Notes under the pieces: generated by a model | Database searches by the model: none | Told to the model about the DNA's origin: nothing | What the model saw: only the letters and a program-made list of their open reading frames with translations | Position numbers and translations under genes: made by a program | Shown: positions 18,559 through 29,500 of the stretch, one piece after another | Numbering within the stretch: the first letter of the stretch is position 1 | Layout of the letters: every line of letters begins with the position of its first letter | Source of the DNA: a virus | Lineage: Duplodnaviria; Caudoviricetes | Virus record (IMG/VR): IMGVR_UViG_3300031813_000013 | Span: 1-64,000 of that record | Reading direction: 5' to 3' (one strand) | DNA: 64,000 bases

Positions 18559-19958
18559 ACTTTAAATAAATCCTGTTCAAAAACTGCACTCGGTGGTTCT
18601 TCTTTGAATAAGAATGCAACTACTTCTAAATTTGACTCTTTGACGATTGCTTTTATTCCTAATGATTCTAATATTGTTTCCATAGAATTTTTTGTGAATC
18701 CTGTTTTGTGGGCCATACCTTCACCCCAAGTTTCAACAAAAAGTCTGTGTCCATACAACATATCTAATGCACTAACAGGTCCAGCTGGAGAGTTGTACAC
18801 CGTTCCCAATATATCTTCTTGTATAAAACCAGCAATTGATGCTAAGTTTGGTACTCTAATGATTGCAAAACCATCATCTTTCAATACTCTCATAATATTT
18901 GAGAATATTTTAGGTAAGTCGTGCCAATAATTGTGTTCAACAACGTGAGAAGCCCAAAGTGCATCTGCACAAGAATCTGGTATTCCTTCAAACTCAACAA
19001 TAGAACTTATTACATCCGCTGTTGAGTTTTCAAAAGCGTCCACTCTTATTTCTTTCCAGTCTGAAAAATAATTTGTTTGTAAGTTTAACTCTGTTTTACC
19101 ACATCCAACATTCAAGACTATTTTTTTATCTGTGTTGAATAGATTTGGATCACTTACTTTTGGATCAGCAAAAGATTCCCAAAATGGTTCCCAATCGAAA
19201 TATGGATCTTTTTCTCTTTCTGTTTGGAAGTGTATGGCCAAAGATGGTATTGGAGACATAACAATGTATTCTCTTTTTTGCCATAACTGATTTATTGATT
19301 CGTCTTCCAGTGCAGGATCCAGAGCATCACCATTACAAATTTTATCAAACAAATCCCACTCATTGACCATAACAGAGTGGTGAGTCATGAATGTGCATGG
19401 TACTTGATATGTTTGTCTCCAGTGTCTATCTGGTCCTTGTACGATTCTTACTGGTACGATATTATCATCTGCATAACGATAAGGATCATTCCAATGTAAT
19501 AAAGAAAGTGGCTTTTCAAATCTAGGTGAAAACTTTGACCACATAATTACGAGTTGTTCAAAACATTCTTCATGAAAAAGATAGTCATCCTGAATTTGCA
19601 TGACTAAATCTTTACCATTATCTCGCATGTCCTCATAACATTCTCTTAATGATGTGAGTAGACCTCGACCTTCAATTTGAAATAACTCAGTTTCAAACAT
19701 GGCCAGTTTCAAATTATTTTTAATATTTTGGACACCAATTTCGGAAGAATGGTCATCAAAGATATGTAATTTGAATTTGACATCCGGTAAACGTAACTTT
19801 GCATAGTTTATGGCTTGTACCAAAGAACGTATACTTCGTTTACTTATTTCTGTTCTATCATTAGATCCATATCTTTTAAATACAAATCCTGGCCAAGGTT
19901 TATGTTTGTCTTGGCTATTCCCACCATCATGAGATTGTACTGCTATTAGAAATTCCAT
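18555..19958 (-). CDS. GT-A glycosyltransferase fused to class I SAM-dependent methyltransferase
   Basis: N-half HIFDDHSS, QIQDDYLF, SPIPSLAIH; C-half VLNVGCG, ALWASHVVEH, RVLKDDG.AIIRVPN. Confidence 0.75.
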   Translation of the reverse strand: MEFLIAVQSHDGGNSQDKHKPWPGFVFKRYGSNDRTEISKRSIRSLVQAINYAKLRLPDVKFKLHIFDDHSSEIGVQNIKNNLKLAMFETELFQIEGRGLLTSLRECYEDMRDNGKDLVMQIQDDYLFHEECFEQLVIMWSKFSPRFEKPLSLLHWNDPYRYADDNIVPVRIVQGPDRHWRQTYQVPCTFMTHHSVMVNEWDLFDKICNGDALDPALEDESINQLWQKREYIVMSPIPSLAIHFQTEREKDPYFDWEPFWESFADPKVSDPNLFNTDKKIVLNVGCGKTELNLQTNYFSDWKEIRVDAFENSTADVISSIVEFEGIPDSCADALWASHVVEHNYWHDLPKIFSNIMRVLKDDGFAIIRVPNLASIAGFIQEDILGTVYNSPAGPVSALDMLYGHRLFVETWGEGMAHKTGFTKNSMETILESLGIKAIVKESNLEVVAFLFKEEPPSAVFEQDLFKV

Positions 19959-19974
19959 AATATACCTGCATCAC

Positions 19975-21744
19975 TTAGTTAACTTTTTTTTGAAATGCTG
20001 CTTTCGCTTCTTTTTTAAATTCTTCAACTGTATATCTTGCTGGTTTGTGAACCTGTAATAACATAACTGTTGAGTGTGCCACATTGTTTTGTGTCATCAG
20101 AGCAATGTCTAGTTCTTCTTCTGTTATCTTTTTGTTCTGTAACATTTCTAGCCAATGGTCAACGTAAAAATATTTCACTTCACAAACTTCAATATCAATT
20201 CCTAATTCAAATGCTAGACAAGAATCTGACCTTCCTGCTTGAATGCCGTCAAATTGTCTTTTCTGGTTGAACAGTTGAAAGGTAGAAGGTGTAATAATAT
20301 TTCTGTGTGTTGGATCATCAAACGCATGGTCACATCTATGGTGAGGAACTTGAACTTCCCACACAGCACCATTCTCTGAAACACGATACATCTCTTTTAC
20401 GATGTCAACCAAAGAGGCTTTTTCATTTCCTAAATGCTCCAATATATCTTTTGCAACAACGTGATTGAATTCATCGGTTTCAAATGGCCAAGGTAATTGA
20501 TTCAAATCGACCTTCATATCTGGCTCAACGATATCAGAATTATCAACATTTAGGAAATTATTCATTTTCATGAAACCACATCCTATATTGATACCTTTGG
20601 ACACTTTGTCGTGATTTTTATGTTCTACGTGTGGTAGTTTGAATTTCTTTTCAAAGTCCTTATACAATTTTTGAAAGGTAGAATTCCATTTCTTAGCGTC
20701 TTCTTGTCTGTATAATGTTACACACTCATAGTATGGTGATTTTTTAGAATGTGGTGCTCCAAATGTCCATGTATGATATGGTAAAATTGGAGTTAACACC
20801 CAAGTTTCTTTACCCAATGCAGCAGCGGCGTGTGCAATACTTGTACAAGAAGTTATAACCAGGTCCAGATTTTGAATTGCACCTAATGTTTCTTCCCAAG
20901 TATCCAATTGGTCTTGCAAGTCAATAATGTTTTCTGGTAATTCTATGATGTTTTGGTCACGCTGTAATGAGTATAACTGTACATTCTCGTAACTGCTCAA
21001 TTCAGTTAAGAATTTTGGTGGAAATCTACGAAACTGTTGGTGTTCAAATTTTGGATTACCCGCCCAACGAATACCAATTTTTAGTTTGTCTGTTTTTATG
21101 ATATCTTTCCATTTTTCAACCATCTCAGGCACTGCGGTAATGTATGGTTTATTTGGGAAATCTTTAAACGTATGACCTGCAATCCAGCCGGCAGAAAACC
21201 CTGGAACCCAATAATCATGTGCAACCGAGTTGGCCGCATTTCTCAATATAACACCATCACAACCTTCAATTCTACCTAATACAGAAACGAGTTCAGGTGC
21301 AGCAGCCAAGTAAACCTTTTTTGCTCCCATTTTTTTGTAGGAGGTTGCAAATCTTGCGTGTATGATTTCGTCACCATAACCACCTTCAAGTGAAATGATG
21401 ATTGATTTGCCTTTGATATCGTCTTTTGTTGGATTGTAAATTGGTGCAGTTGTTGCTAATGGTTTGTTACCATAAACATCAATAAATCTTCCTGATTCTA
21501 GCAATTGGCAACCAAGTTGATAGTCGCCTTCTTGAATCATAAACCAACCACGATTGAAACTATGTCTGGTCCACATATCTGGATTACCATACTCACCTTT
21601 GGTGTCTGGAATTCCATTTGGTCCCAAATTTTGCAACTTGTCTGAAATTGCTCTAGCTTCTTTAAACTTTCCGGCCAACATCAATTTCAATTCAGTATCA
21701 ATATCGTGACCTTGACGATTGATGGTGTTCTCATTTTGATTCAT
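19975..21744 (-). CDS. TPR-like / GT-B (GT9-like) glycosyltransferase fused to SAM methyltransferase
   Basis: EGGYGDEI..ARF, KIGIRWAGNP, IQNLDLVITSCTSIAHAAAALGKETWVL; C-terminal INIGCG, WPFETDEF.HVVAKDILEHL, EMYRVS, FDDPTH. Start placed at ATG 21744 (GGAG SD) instead of the TTG at 21756. Confidence 0.75.
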   Translation of the reverse strand: MNQNENTINRQGHDIDTELKLMLAGKFKEARAISDKLQNLGPNGIPDTKGEYGNPDMWTRHSFNRGWFMIQEGDYQLGCQLLESGRFIDVYGNKPLATTAPIYNPTKDDIKGKSIIISLEGGYGDEIIHARFATSYKKMGAKKVYLAAAPELVSVLGRIEGCDGVILRNAANSVAHDYWVPGFSAGWIAGHTFKDFPNKPYITAVPEMVEKWKDIIKTDKLKIGIRWAGNPKFEHQQFRRFPPKFLTELSSYENVQLYSLQRDQNIIELPENIIDLQDQLDTWEETLGAIQNLDLVITSCTSIAHAAAALGKETWVLTPILPYHTWTFGAPHSKKSPYYECVTLYRQEDAKKWNSTFQKLYKDFEKKFKLPHVEHKNHDKVSKGINIGCGFMKMNNFLNVDNSDIVEPDMKVDLNQLPWPFETDEFNHVVAKDILEHLGNEKASLVDIVKEMYRVSENGAVWEVQVPHHRCDHAFDDPTHRNIITPSTFQLFNQKRQFDGIQAGRSDSCLAFELGIDIEVCEVKYFYVDHWLEMLQNKKITEEELDIALMTQNNVAHSTVMLLQVHKPARYTVEEFKKEAKAAFQKKVN

Positions 21745-21791
21745 AATAAACTCCAAAATTTTAATAATATAAGATATATATGTGCTGTAAA

Positions 21792-22031
21792 TTAGCTGTT
21801 ATAAATGCTCCAAGCCCTCTGTACGATTGTGTTTGCATATTCATCTTCACTTAAATCTGTTTCAAACTTAACAATATTGTTTGTGATATTAACCCAATCA
21901 CAACGCTTTTTAAATTCTATTAAATCAATTTGGTTATCAATTTCATACTGCTGATGAAAAACGTGACATCCCATAACTAAATCCTGATAACTGTTTACTA
22001 CCCATCCTGGATTATCACTTGTGTCTGACAT
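21792..22031 (-). CDS. Small hypothetical protein
   Basis: 79 aa, AGGAG SD, tightly packed between the RCC1 gene and the GT cassette. Confidence 0.65.
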   Translation of the reverse strand: MSDTSDNPGWVVNSYQDLVMGCHVFHQQYEIDNQIDLIEFKKRCDWVNITNNIVKFETDLSEDEYANTIVQRAWSIYNS

Positions 22032-22040
22032 TTCTTCTCC

Positions 22041-25000
22041 TTATTGCCTAATGATTGTGTTTGATGATGATATTAAAGATTTTCCGTACTGTGATGCAGA
22101 CATTAGTACTGGTGTTTGTGTAAAAGTTGTTGTGGTGCCATTACCAAATTGACCAGATTGATTTATTCCCCATCCATACGAGTTAAAAGGATTTGCATTT
22201 GCGGACCTTGTTGCATTAGTCATTGCAATTGTCGTATAGATACCGGTAGCAATGTCTTGCACCAAAGGATAATTTGAACCAGCATATATAGCCACAGGTG
22301 AAGATTGACTCGTAGCAGTGCCTGTTCCTAGACCCCACCCCGGTCCATAACCCCATGCATAAGCTTTTTGTCCTATTAAACCTGATAACTGATCTTCTCC
22401 CGAAGAAATACTAGACCAGCTGGATGTGCCTATTTGTACAGGTGATGAATAGTTAAGTGTGTTACCCTGACCCAGGTTGCCGTAAAGGTTATAGCCCCAT
22501 GCAAATAATCTTCCATTGATATCTAATGCACCATTTTCATACCAACCGACTGAAACTTGTGACCAACTGGATGTTCCTATCTTTACTGGCGAAGAACTGT
22601 TTATCGTTAATCCATTACCTAATTGGCCAAATGAATTGCCGCCCCATGTCCATAGATATCCTGTAGAATCTATTGCGGCCATGTGTGTATAACCAACAGA
22701 AACTTTAGACCAACTAGAATTTCCTATTTTAACTGGTATAGAACGGTTTGTTGTGGTGCCATCACCTAGTTGGCCTTGGCCATTGTAACCCCAAGTCCAT
22801 AAAGCTCCAGTATAATCTATTGCAGAAGTTGATTCAATGCTGCCATTTCCAACACTAACAGTTTTCCATGATGAATAATTGTAGTTGGTATAACCTGCTC
22901 CCGTTCCAAAGAAAACTGGTGAAGAAACGTTAGTTAATGTTAGGTTACCTAATTGGCCTGAGGTATTAAGACCCCATTCTGCTAATTGACCAGTTGCATA
23001 AAGTAAATAATTGGTGTACCAACCAAGGGTAAAGCTTGAAGGTGTTCCACTTGTAATTAAAACAGGTGAAGAATAATTTGTTGTGGTTCCTGTTCCCAAT
23101 TGACCATATACATTAGCGCCCCAAGTATATACAGCCGTTGTTGTTGCGGCCGCACACTCATTGTGGAAACCTACAGATACTGATTTCCAGGATTTTGAAC
23201 TATCAACCAACACTGGTGATGATGCACTAATTGTTGTTCCATTACCGAGACCCAAATTGCCAGTACCCCATGCATATAAACTTCCATTCGTTGTTATTCC
23301 TAAAGAAGTGTATCCAATTGCTACTGCTGTCCAAGAACTTGTTCCTATTAAATATACTGCTGAAGTGCCTGCTGTTGTACCCGCAGATACTGTTGTACCA
23401 TTACCTAATTGTCCTACGCTGTTGTAACCCCATTCCAATAATGTTCCTGTAGTCTGTTGTGCATATAAACTGCTTGAACCAATTGTAACTTTTGCAAAAC
23501 TTAAACCGGTCGCTATTTGAACTGGCGAAGACCTATTTATTGTGGTACCGCTTCCTAATACACCAGCTGTATTATTTTGTCCCCATGTATATAAAAGACC
23601 ATTTGTCAATATTCCTGCCGATATATACGAATTTAAAGCCACGGAAGTCCAAGAGCTTGTTCCAATTTGTACTGGTGATGATGTGTTAATTGTTGTACCG
23701 TTACCAAATACTCCAAGCCCATTATATCCCGCAGCAAAAAGCAAACCATCTTTACGTATGTAAAAGCTAGTTGATGCTCCCATTGTCACGGCTGTCCAAG
23801 ATGATGAGCCAATCAATACGGGCGAAGAAACGGCTAACGAGGTACTGCCATTACCTAAACCACCAACGTTATTGATTCCCCATGTAAATAATCTTCCATT
23901 GATATCAATAGCGCCAGATGTTACTTGACCGGCAGAAATAACACTCCAGCTTGAAGTTCCTACTTTTACGGGAGAAGAATAATTAAGATATGTTCCTGTT
24001 CCTAATTGTCCATTAGGGCCAGTCCCCCAAGAATATAATGCTCCGGTTGTTGTGAGTGCAAGAATGTGATTATCACCACAAGCCAATTTGGCCCATGAAA
24101 TTCCAGAACTGGGTAAAATTTGTACAGGTGAAGAAGAATTGATTGTTGTTCCATTACCTAATTGACCAACATTATTCGCTCCCCATGCCCATAAATTTCC
24201 TGCACTATCTAATCCAACACCGTGACTAGCACCAACACCTACTTGTACCCACGAGGTGCCTATACCAATTTGTACAGGAGTTGATTTGTTAACTGTAGTT
24301 CCGTCACCTAATTGTCCAAATGAATTGCCGCCCCATCCCCATAAAGTTCCATTAATACCTATTGCCATTGCATGTGAATTTAGGTTACTTGTGACTGAAC
24401 CTAATGCTGTCCAAGAACTATATGTGACTGAACCGAATGTAACTCTGGTTGGAGAACTAACCCCTACTGTTGTGCCTATACCCAAATATCCATTACCATT
24501 GCTGCCCCAAGTCCATAAAGCTCCTGTGGTATCTATTGCCGCTGTGTTGGATTGCCCAGCAGAAATTTCAGTCCAGTTCGAAGCAGCGCCGACCTGTGAT
24601 GGTGAAGAAAATGCTGTTACAGTTGTGCCAAGTCCTAATTGTCCAAGGCTGTTAGCGCCGGATGCCAATAAAATTCCACTTGTTGCAGATGCTGAAGAAC
24701 CTAATAAAGCAACCATGTGACCATCGCCAGCAGAAACGGCTATCCAACTTGAGAGTGTGCCGACCTGTACTGGTGATGATAAATTTACTGTTGCGCCTGT
24801 ACCATTTGCATATGCGATACTACTACCCCAACCAAATAACCTTCCGACAGCATCAATTGCTACTGTAAAATTAAAACCGCCTGAAACCGCAGACCAACTA
24901 GAATTTCCTATTTTAACCGGAATAGAACGGTTTGTTGCAGTACCATCACCCAACTGACCGGACGTATTAAGGCCCCAAGCCCATAGTGATCCATCGGGTG

Positions 25001-26516
25001 CTATTCCAAATCCAGATTCTGTGGCCGTTCCCGTTCCAATTGCTTTCCATGAATTGACCTGAGTTTGTATTGATACTTGTACCGGTGAAGAACGATTAGT
25101 TGCGGCTGTATCGCCTAAACCTAAATTCTGCTGTGGGTTGAAACCCCATGCAAATAATCTTCCATTGATATCAATAGCAGCAGTATAACCATATCCAGAT
25201 TGTACCAGAGTCCAACTAGATGTACCAATTTGTACCGGACTTGATTTGTTGACTGTGGTGCCATCACCTAATTGACCATATTGATTATACCCCCAAGTCC
25301 ATAAAGCACCGGTTGTATCGATTGCAGAACTTGAAGACCAACCGGATGAAACCATCGACCAGCTTCTACCTAATCCAATTTGAGCAGGTGAAGAACGTAG
25401 TGTTACGGTACCATCACCTAATTGTCCTTGTGCATTTGTACCCCAAGCATACATATTGCCAAGAGTGTCAATTCCTAAACCATGGTCGGCGGTGGAAGAC
25501 ATTGCTACTTGTTTAAAATTTATTAAGGCCCAATAATTAGGTAATGCCACCGCCACTGGCGAAGAAGAATTGAGTGTTGTTCCGTTACCAAGTTGGCCAA
25601 GTGCGTTGTATCCCCATGTATATACATATGTGTCCGACATTGCAATAGCATTAGCTCCACCCGCTTGTACTTTAGATACAGGAGGAATGCCAACAACCTG
25701 ACCCAAGGGACCAGAAGTAGTGGAAATATTCTGGCCAAGTTCACCAAAAAAATTTGCACCAGCACTGTATATTGCTCCATTGGCATATGAAAAATATGCA
25801 GTAGAAAGTGGTGTTGCTGTGATGCCTGTTATAGACGTATTTGGTGATGGAAAAGGCTGATTCGCATACATCGGTGCTGTAATAATCGGCGATGCGGTTT
25901 TGTTTATACCTGAAATACCATAAGCCTGATTGTTATAACCCCAATAATATATTGCACCTGTAGTCGCACCTCTTGCAAATGCAAAATTTCCGTACGGTAT
26001 GTTTGATATTAAATTGAAAGATGTATCGCCTGTTCCAGATATTTGCACGGGTGAAGAAACGTCAATAGTTGTACCATTACCCACTGCACCGTTTACATTG
26101 CTACCCCATGCCCACAATAAGCCATTTGTTGTTATTCCATAAGTTGTGTTCTGTCCAGTACCAATTGCTGACCAACTATTACCAGGTATTTGTGTTGCAT
26201 TACTTCTATTGAGGGTATCGCCGGTGCCTAGTTGTCCGTTAGTATTAATACCCCATGTATACAAATTACCTAAGGTATCCAATGCGGCAAAGTGATTATA
26301 ACCACTAACGATTTGTTTAAACGATTGATTGGTTCCTAAAAAGTTGCTAATTGCAACTGCAAAGGATACGTTATTGGTGTTGCCAGTTCCTAGTTCACCA
26401 AACGTGTTATCACCTGACACATACAATGATGTGTTTTGCGAAGCTTGTATGTAGCTTGCTAAATTTGCTGATGGTGCATTAAAAAATAGCGGTGCTTGAA
26501 ATTGTGATGTTGCCAT
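22041..26516 (-). CDS. RCC1/BLIP-II repeat protein (28 repeats), putative receptor-binding protein
   Basis: 28 copies of a W-G-x-N-x-x-G-Q-L-G-x-G-T...S-P-V unit of about 50 aa, counted by eye. Confidence 0.9.
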   Translation of the reverse strand: MATSQFQAPLFFNAPSANLASYIQASQNTSLYVSGDNTFGELGTGNTNNVSFAVAISNFLGTNQSFKQIVSGYNHFAALDTLGNLYTWGINTNGQLGTGDTLNRSNATQIPGNSWSAIGTGQNTTYGITTNGLLWAWGSNVNGAVGNGTTIDVSSPVQISGTGDTSFNLISNIPYGNFAFARGATTGAIYYWGYNNQAYGISGINKTASPIITAPMYANQPFPSPNTSITGITATPLSTAYFSYANGAIYSAGANFFGELGQNISTTSGPLGQVVGIPPVSKVQAGGANAIAMSDTYVYTWGYNALGQLGNGTTLNSSSPVAVALPNYWALINFKQVAMSSTADHGLGIDTLGNMYAWGTNAQGQLGDGTVTLRSSPAQIGLGRSWSMVSSGWSSSSAIDTTGALWTWGYNQYGQLGDGTTVNKSSPVQIGTSSWTLVQSGYGYTAAIDINGRLFAWGFNPQQNLGLGDTAATNRSSPVQVSIQTQVNSWKAIGTGTATESGFGIAPDGSLWAWGLNTSGQLGDGTATNRSIPVKIGNSSWSAVSGGFNFTVAIDAVGRLFGWGSSIAYANGTGATVNLSSPVQVGTLSSWIAVSAGDGHMVALLGSSASATSGILLASGANSLGQLGLGTTVTAFSSPSQVGAASNWTEISAGQSNTAAIDTTGALWTWGSNGNGYLGIGTTVGVSSPTRVTFGSVTYSSWTALGSVTSNLNSHAMAIGINGTLWGWGGNSFGQLGDGTTVNKSTPVQIGIGTSWVQVGVGASHGVGLDSAGNLWAWGANNVGQLGNGTTINSSSPVQILPSSGISWAKLACGDNHILALTTTGALYSWGTGPNGQLGTGTYLNYSSPVKVGTSSWSVISAGQVTSGAIDINGRLFTWGINNVGGLGNGSTSLAVSSPVLIGSSSWTAVTMGASTSFYIRKDGLLFAAGYNGLGVFGNGTTINTSSPVQIGTSSWTSVALNSYISAGILTNGLLYTWGQNNTAGVLGSGTTINRSSPVQIATGLSFAKVTIGSSSLYAQQTTGTLLEWGYNSVGQLGNGTTVSAGTTAGTSAVYLIGTSSWTAVAIGYTSLGITTNGSLYAWGTGNLGLGNGTTISASSPVLVDSSKSWKSVSVGFHNECAAATTTAVYTWGANVYGQLGTGTTTNYSSPVLITSGTPSSFTLGWYTNYLLYATGQLAEWGLNTSGQLGNLTLTNVSSPVFFGTGAGYTNYNYSSWKTVSVGNGSIESTSAIDYTGALWTWGYNGQGQLGDGTTTNRSIPVKIGNSSWSKVSVGYTHMAAIDSTGYLWTWGGNSFGQLGNGLTINSSSPVKIGTSSWSQVSVGWYENGALDINGRLFAWGYNLYGNLGQGNTLNYSSPVQIGTSSWSSISSGEDQLSGLIGQKAYAWGYGPGWGLGTGTATSQSSPVAIYAGSNYPLVQDIATGIYTTIAMTNATRSANANPFNSYGWGINQSGQFGNGTTTTFTQTPVLMSASQYGKSLISSSNTIIRQ

Positions 26517-26545
26517 GATTTCTTATTATTATTTCAATTCAAACA

Positions 26546-26553
26546 TATTTATC
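26546..26553 (-). promoter_or_regulatory. T4-type late promoter (GATAAATA) upstream of the RCC1 gene
   Basis: At the fibre stop codon, 30 nt upstream of the ATG at 26516. Confidence 0.6.
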
Positions 26554-29500
26554 ACATGTTCAGACCAGAAACAACGGCTTGATATGTGGTTCCTCCATCA
26601 ATTGTCATTAAAGTAAACATATCTCGTTTGCCGTTTGTGAATGTTAATGAAGGAGCAACACCACTTGGCCAGCGGAATGATGTTGGCCAAGCCACAGAAT
26701 ATGATGTGCCGTTATATGTAAATATCACTACAAATGAACCAACAGAAGGAGAACTTGGTGCACCTGAAATGGTAATTGTAGAAATTGCAGAACTTACTGC
26801 AACGTTAAACACCGATGCTGCTGCCAAGTTTAGTGTTAAAGTACCTGCTGAAATTGCTGGTGCACTTGATGTTATTGTCGAACTACCACCACCAGTGGAG
26901 ATTGGTTGTCCATTTGCAGCATAATACAATCCATTTGTATATACGTTTGCGGCGTATACGTTACCAGAAATACCAACACCACCAGTAACAATCAATGCAC
27001 CAGTTGTACATGAGGTTGATATTTGTGTGTTTGGTAATAAATTAATTGCAGTACCGCTATGTGTTATAAGAGTACCGGTATTTGGTAAAGCATTGTTTGC
27101 TGTTGTAAATGCTGCATTGGCTTGTGTGAATGCACCATTAGCATACAAAGCAGCACTATTTGAAATTGGTAGTGGTGTATTTGCCTGTAAGAATGCTGCA
27201 TTAGCGGCTGTGAAAGCCGCATTTGCTTGGATGAAAGCAGCATTCGCAGTAGTTCTTGCATAGTTGTCAATAGAACCTGATGCTAAACTATTTGCATAAG
27301 CATAGGCGGCATTAGCTTGGATGAATGCACCATTTGCATACAAAGAAGCACTATTAGCAACACCAAATGCACCGTTGGCATACAAACTGGCACCAGCAGC
27401 ATTATTAGTGGCAGTATTAGCTTGTGTATAAGAGGAGTTGGCTTGTACGAAAGCACCATTAGCATACAAAGCACCAGAGTTTGCTGTACCAAAAGCACCA
27501 TTGGCATATAAACTGGCACCAGCCGCATTATTAGTTGCTGTATTGGCTTGAGTATAAGCACTATTAGCATACAAGGAAGCACCTGCCGCATTATTAGTTG
27601 CTGTATTAGCCTGATTATATGCACTGTTAGCCTGTACAAAAGCTGCATTGGCATATGAACCACCAACAACTAAAGTGTTTGCATATGCATAAGCGGCATT
27701 AGCTTGTACAAATGCACCATTTGCATATAAGGAAGCACCGGCAGCATTATTGGTAGCAGTATTGGCCTGTGTATAAGAAGCATTAGCCTCAACAAAAGCA
27801 CCATTAGCATATAGAGATGCACCAGCAGCATTATTGGTTGCTGTGTTAGCTTGAATGAATGCACCATTGGCATAAATTGCACCACTATTAGCAACACCAA
27901 ATGCACTATTAGCTTGTATGAAAGCGGCATTGTCTTGTGCAAACACCGCATTTGCTTGGATAAATGCCGCATTTGCAGTAGTATATGCAGCATTAGCTGT
28001 TGTTCTTGCATAGTTGTCAATAGAACCTGATGACAAACTATTTGCATAAGCATAAGCAGCATTGGCTTGCACAAAAGCCGCATTAGCATACAATGAAGCA
28101 CCTGCTGCATTATTAGTAGCAGTATTAGCTTGACCATATGCACTGTTGGCTTCCAAGAAAGCACCGTTGGCATATGTTTGTGCACTGTTTGCTGTGCTAT
28201 AAGATGCATTGGCTTCTAGGAAAGCACCATTGGCATATAAGGATGCACCAGCAGCATTGTTAGTTGCTGTGTTGGCTTGGCCATATGCCGCATTTGCTTG
28301 GATAAATGCCGCATTAGCATACACACCAGCAGAACTACCAGACAATAAGGTGTTTGCATAAGCATATGCCGCATTAGCCTGAGCAAATGCACCGTTGGCA
28401 TATAATGCACCAGAATTTGCCTGTGAATATGCTGCATTTGCTTGGTTCAATACTTCAATACCATTATCATAAATTCTATTGGCAGAAATTGAAGGTACTG
28501 TAATTTGATTTGTTGATACATTATAAACCAAATTAACATTCGCACTTAGTGCCAATGTACCTGATGTGCTTGGACTAAAGTTAATGTAATAAGAACCAGA
28601 ACTTGGATTAGTTACAACTAAAGAATTAGCAATGTTGGAAATATTTGCTACGTTTGCAGTGCTTACACCAGAAGAATTTAATGCAGAAATAATTCCGTTT
28701 GCATATGCATAAGCACTATTGGCTTGTAAGAACGCTGAGTTTGCATATTGTGCACCAGAGTTTGCTGTACCAAATGCGGAGTTGGCTTCTACAAAAGCAC
28801 CATTTGCATACAATGAAGCACCAGCAGCATTATTGGTTGCTGTGTTGGCTTGGTTGTATGCACTGTTAGCCTGAGTAAATGCGGCCGAAGCATTGGTTCT
28901 TGCTGAAGTATCTGTTGCGCCGCCAGTAGATAAAGAATTGGCGTATGCATAAGCAGCATTAGCTTGAATGAAAGCGGCGTTAGCTTGTACTCTAGCAGAA
29001 GTGTCTGTTGCACCACCTGTTGTTAGTGAATTTGCATAGGCATATGCAGCATTAGCCTGTATAAATGCCCCATTAGCATATGAGGATGCACCAGAAGCAT
29101 TATTAGTAGCCGTATTGGCTTGGTCATATGCTGAATTGGCTTCTACAAAAGCACCGTTGGCATATAGAGATGCACTGTTGGCAACAGCAAAAGCTGCATT
29201 AGCATAAGCACCAGTTGCACCACCAGAGATTAGTGAATTTGCATAAGCATATGCTGCATTGGCCTGGTTGAATGCACCATTAGCGTATAGGCTGGCCCCA
29301 GCCGCATTATTGGTTGCTGTATTGGCTTGTACGTATGCAGCATTAGCCTCTACGAATGCACCATTTGCATATAGTGCAGCACTATTAGCAACACCAAAAG
29401 CGGCATTAGCATATGAACCAGTTGCACCACCAGAGATTAATGAATTTGCGTATGCGAAAGCTGCATTTGCTTGTGTGAACGCACCATTTGCATAGTTGCC

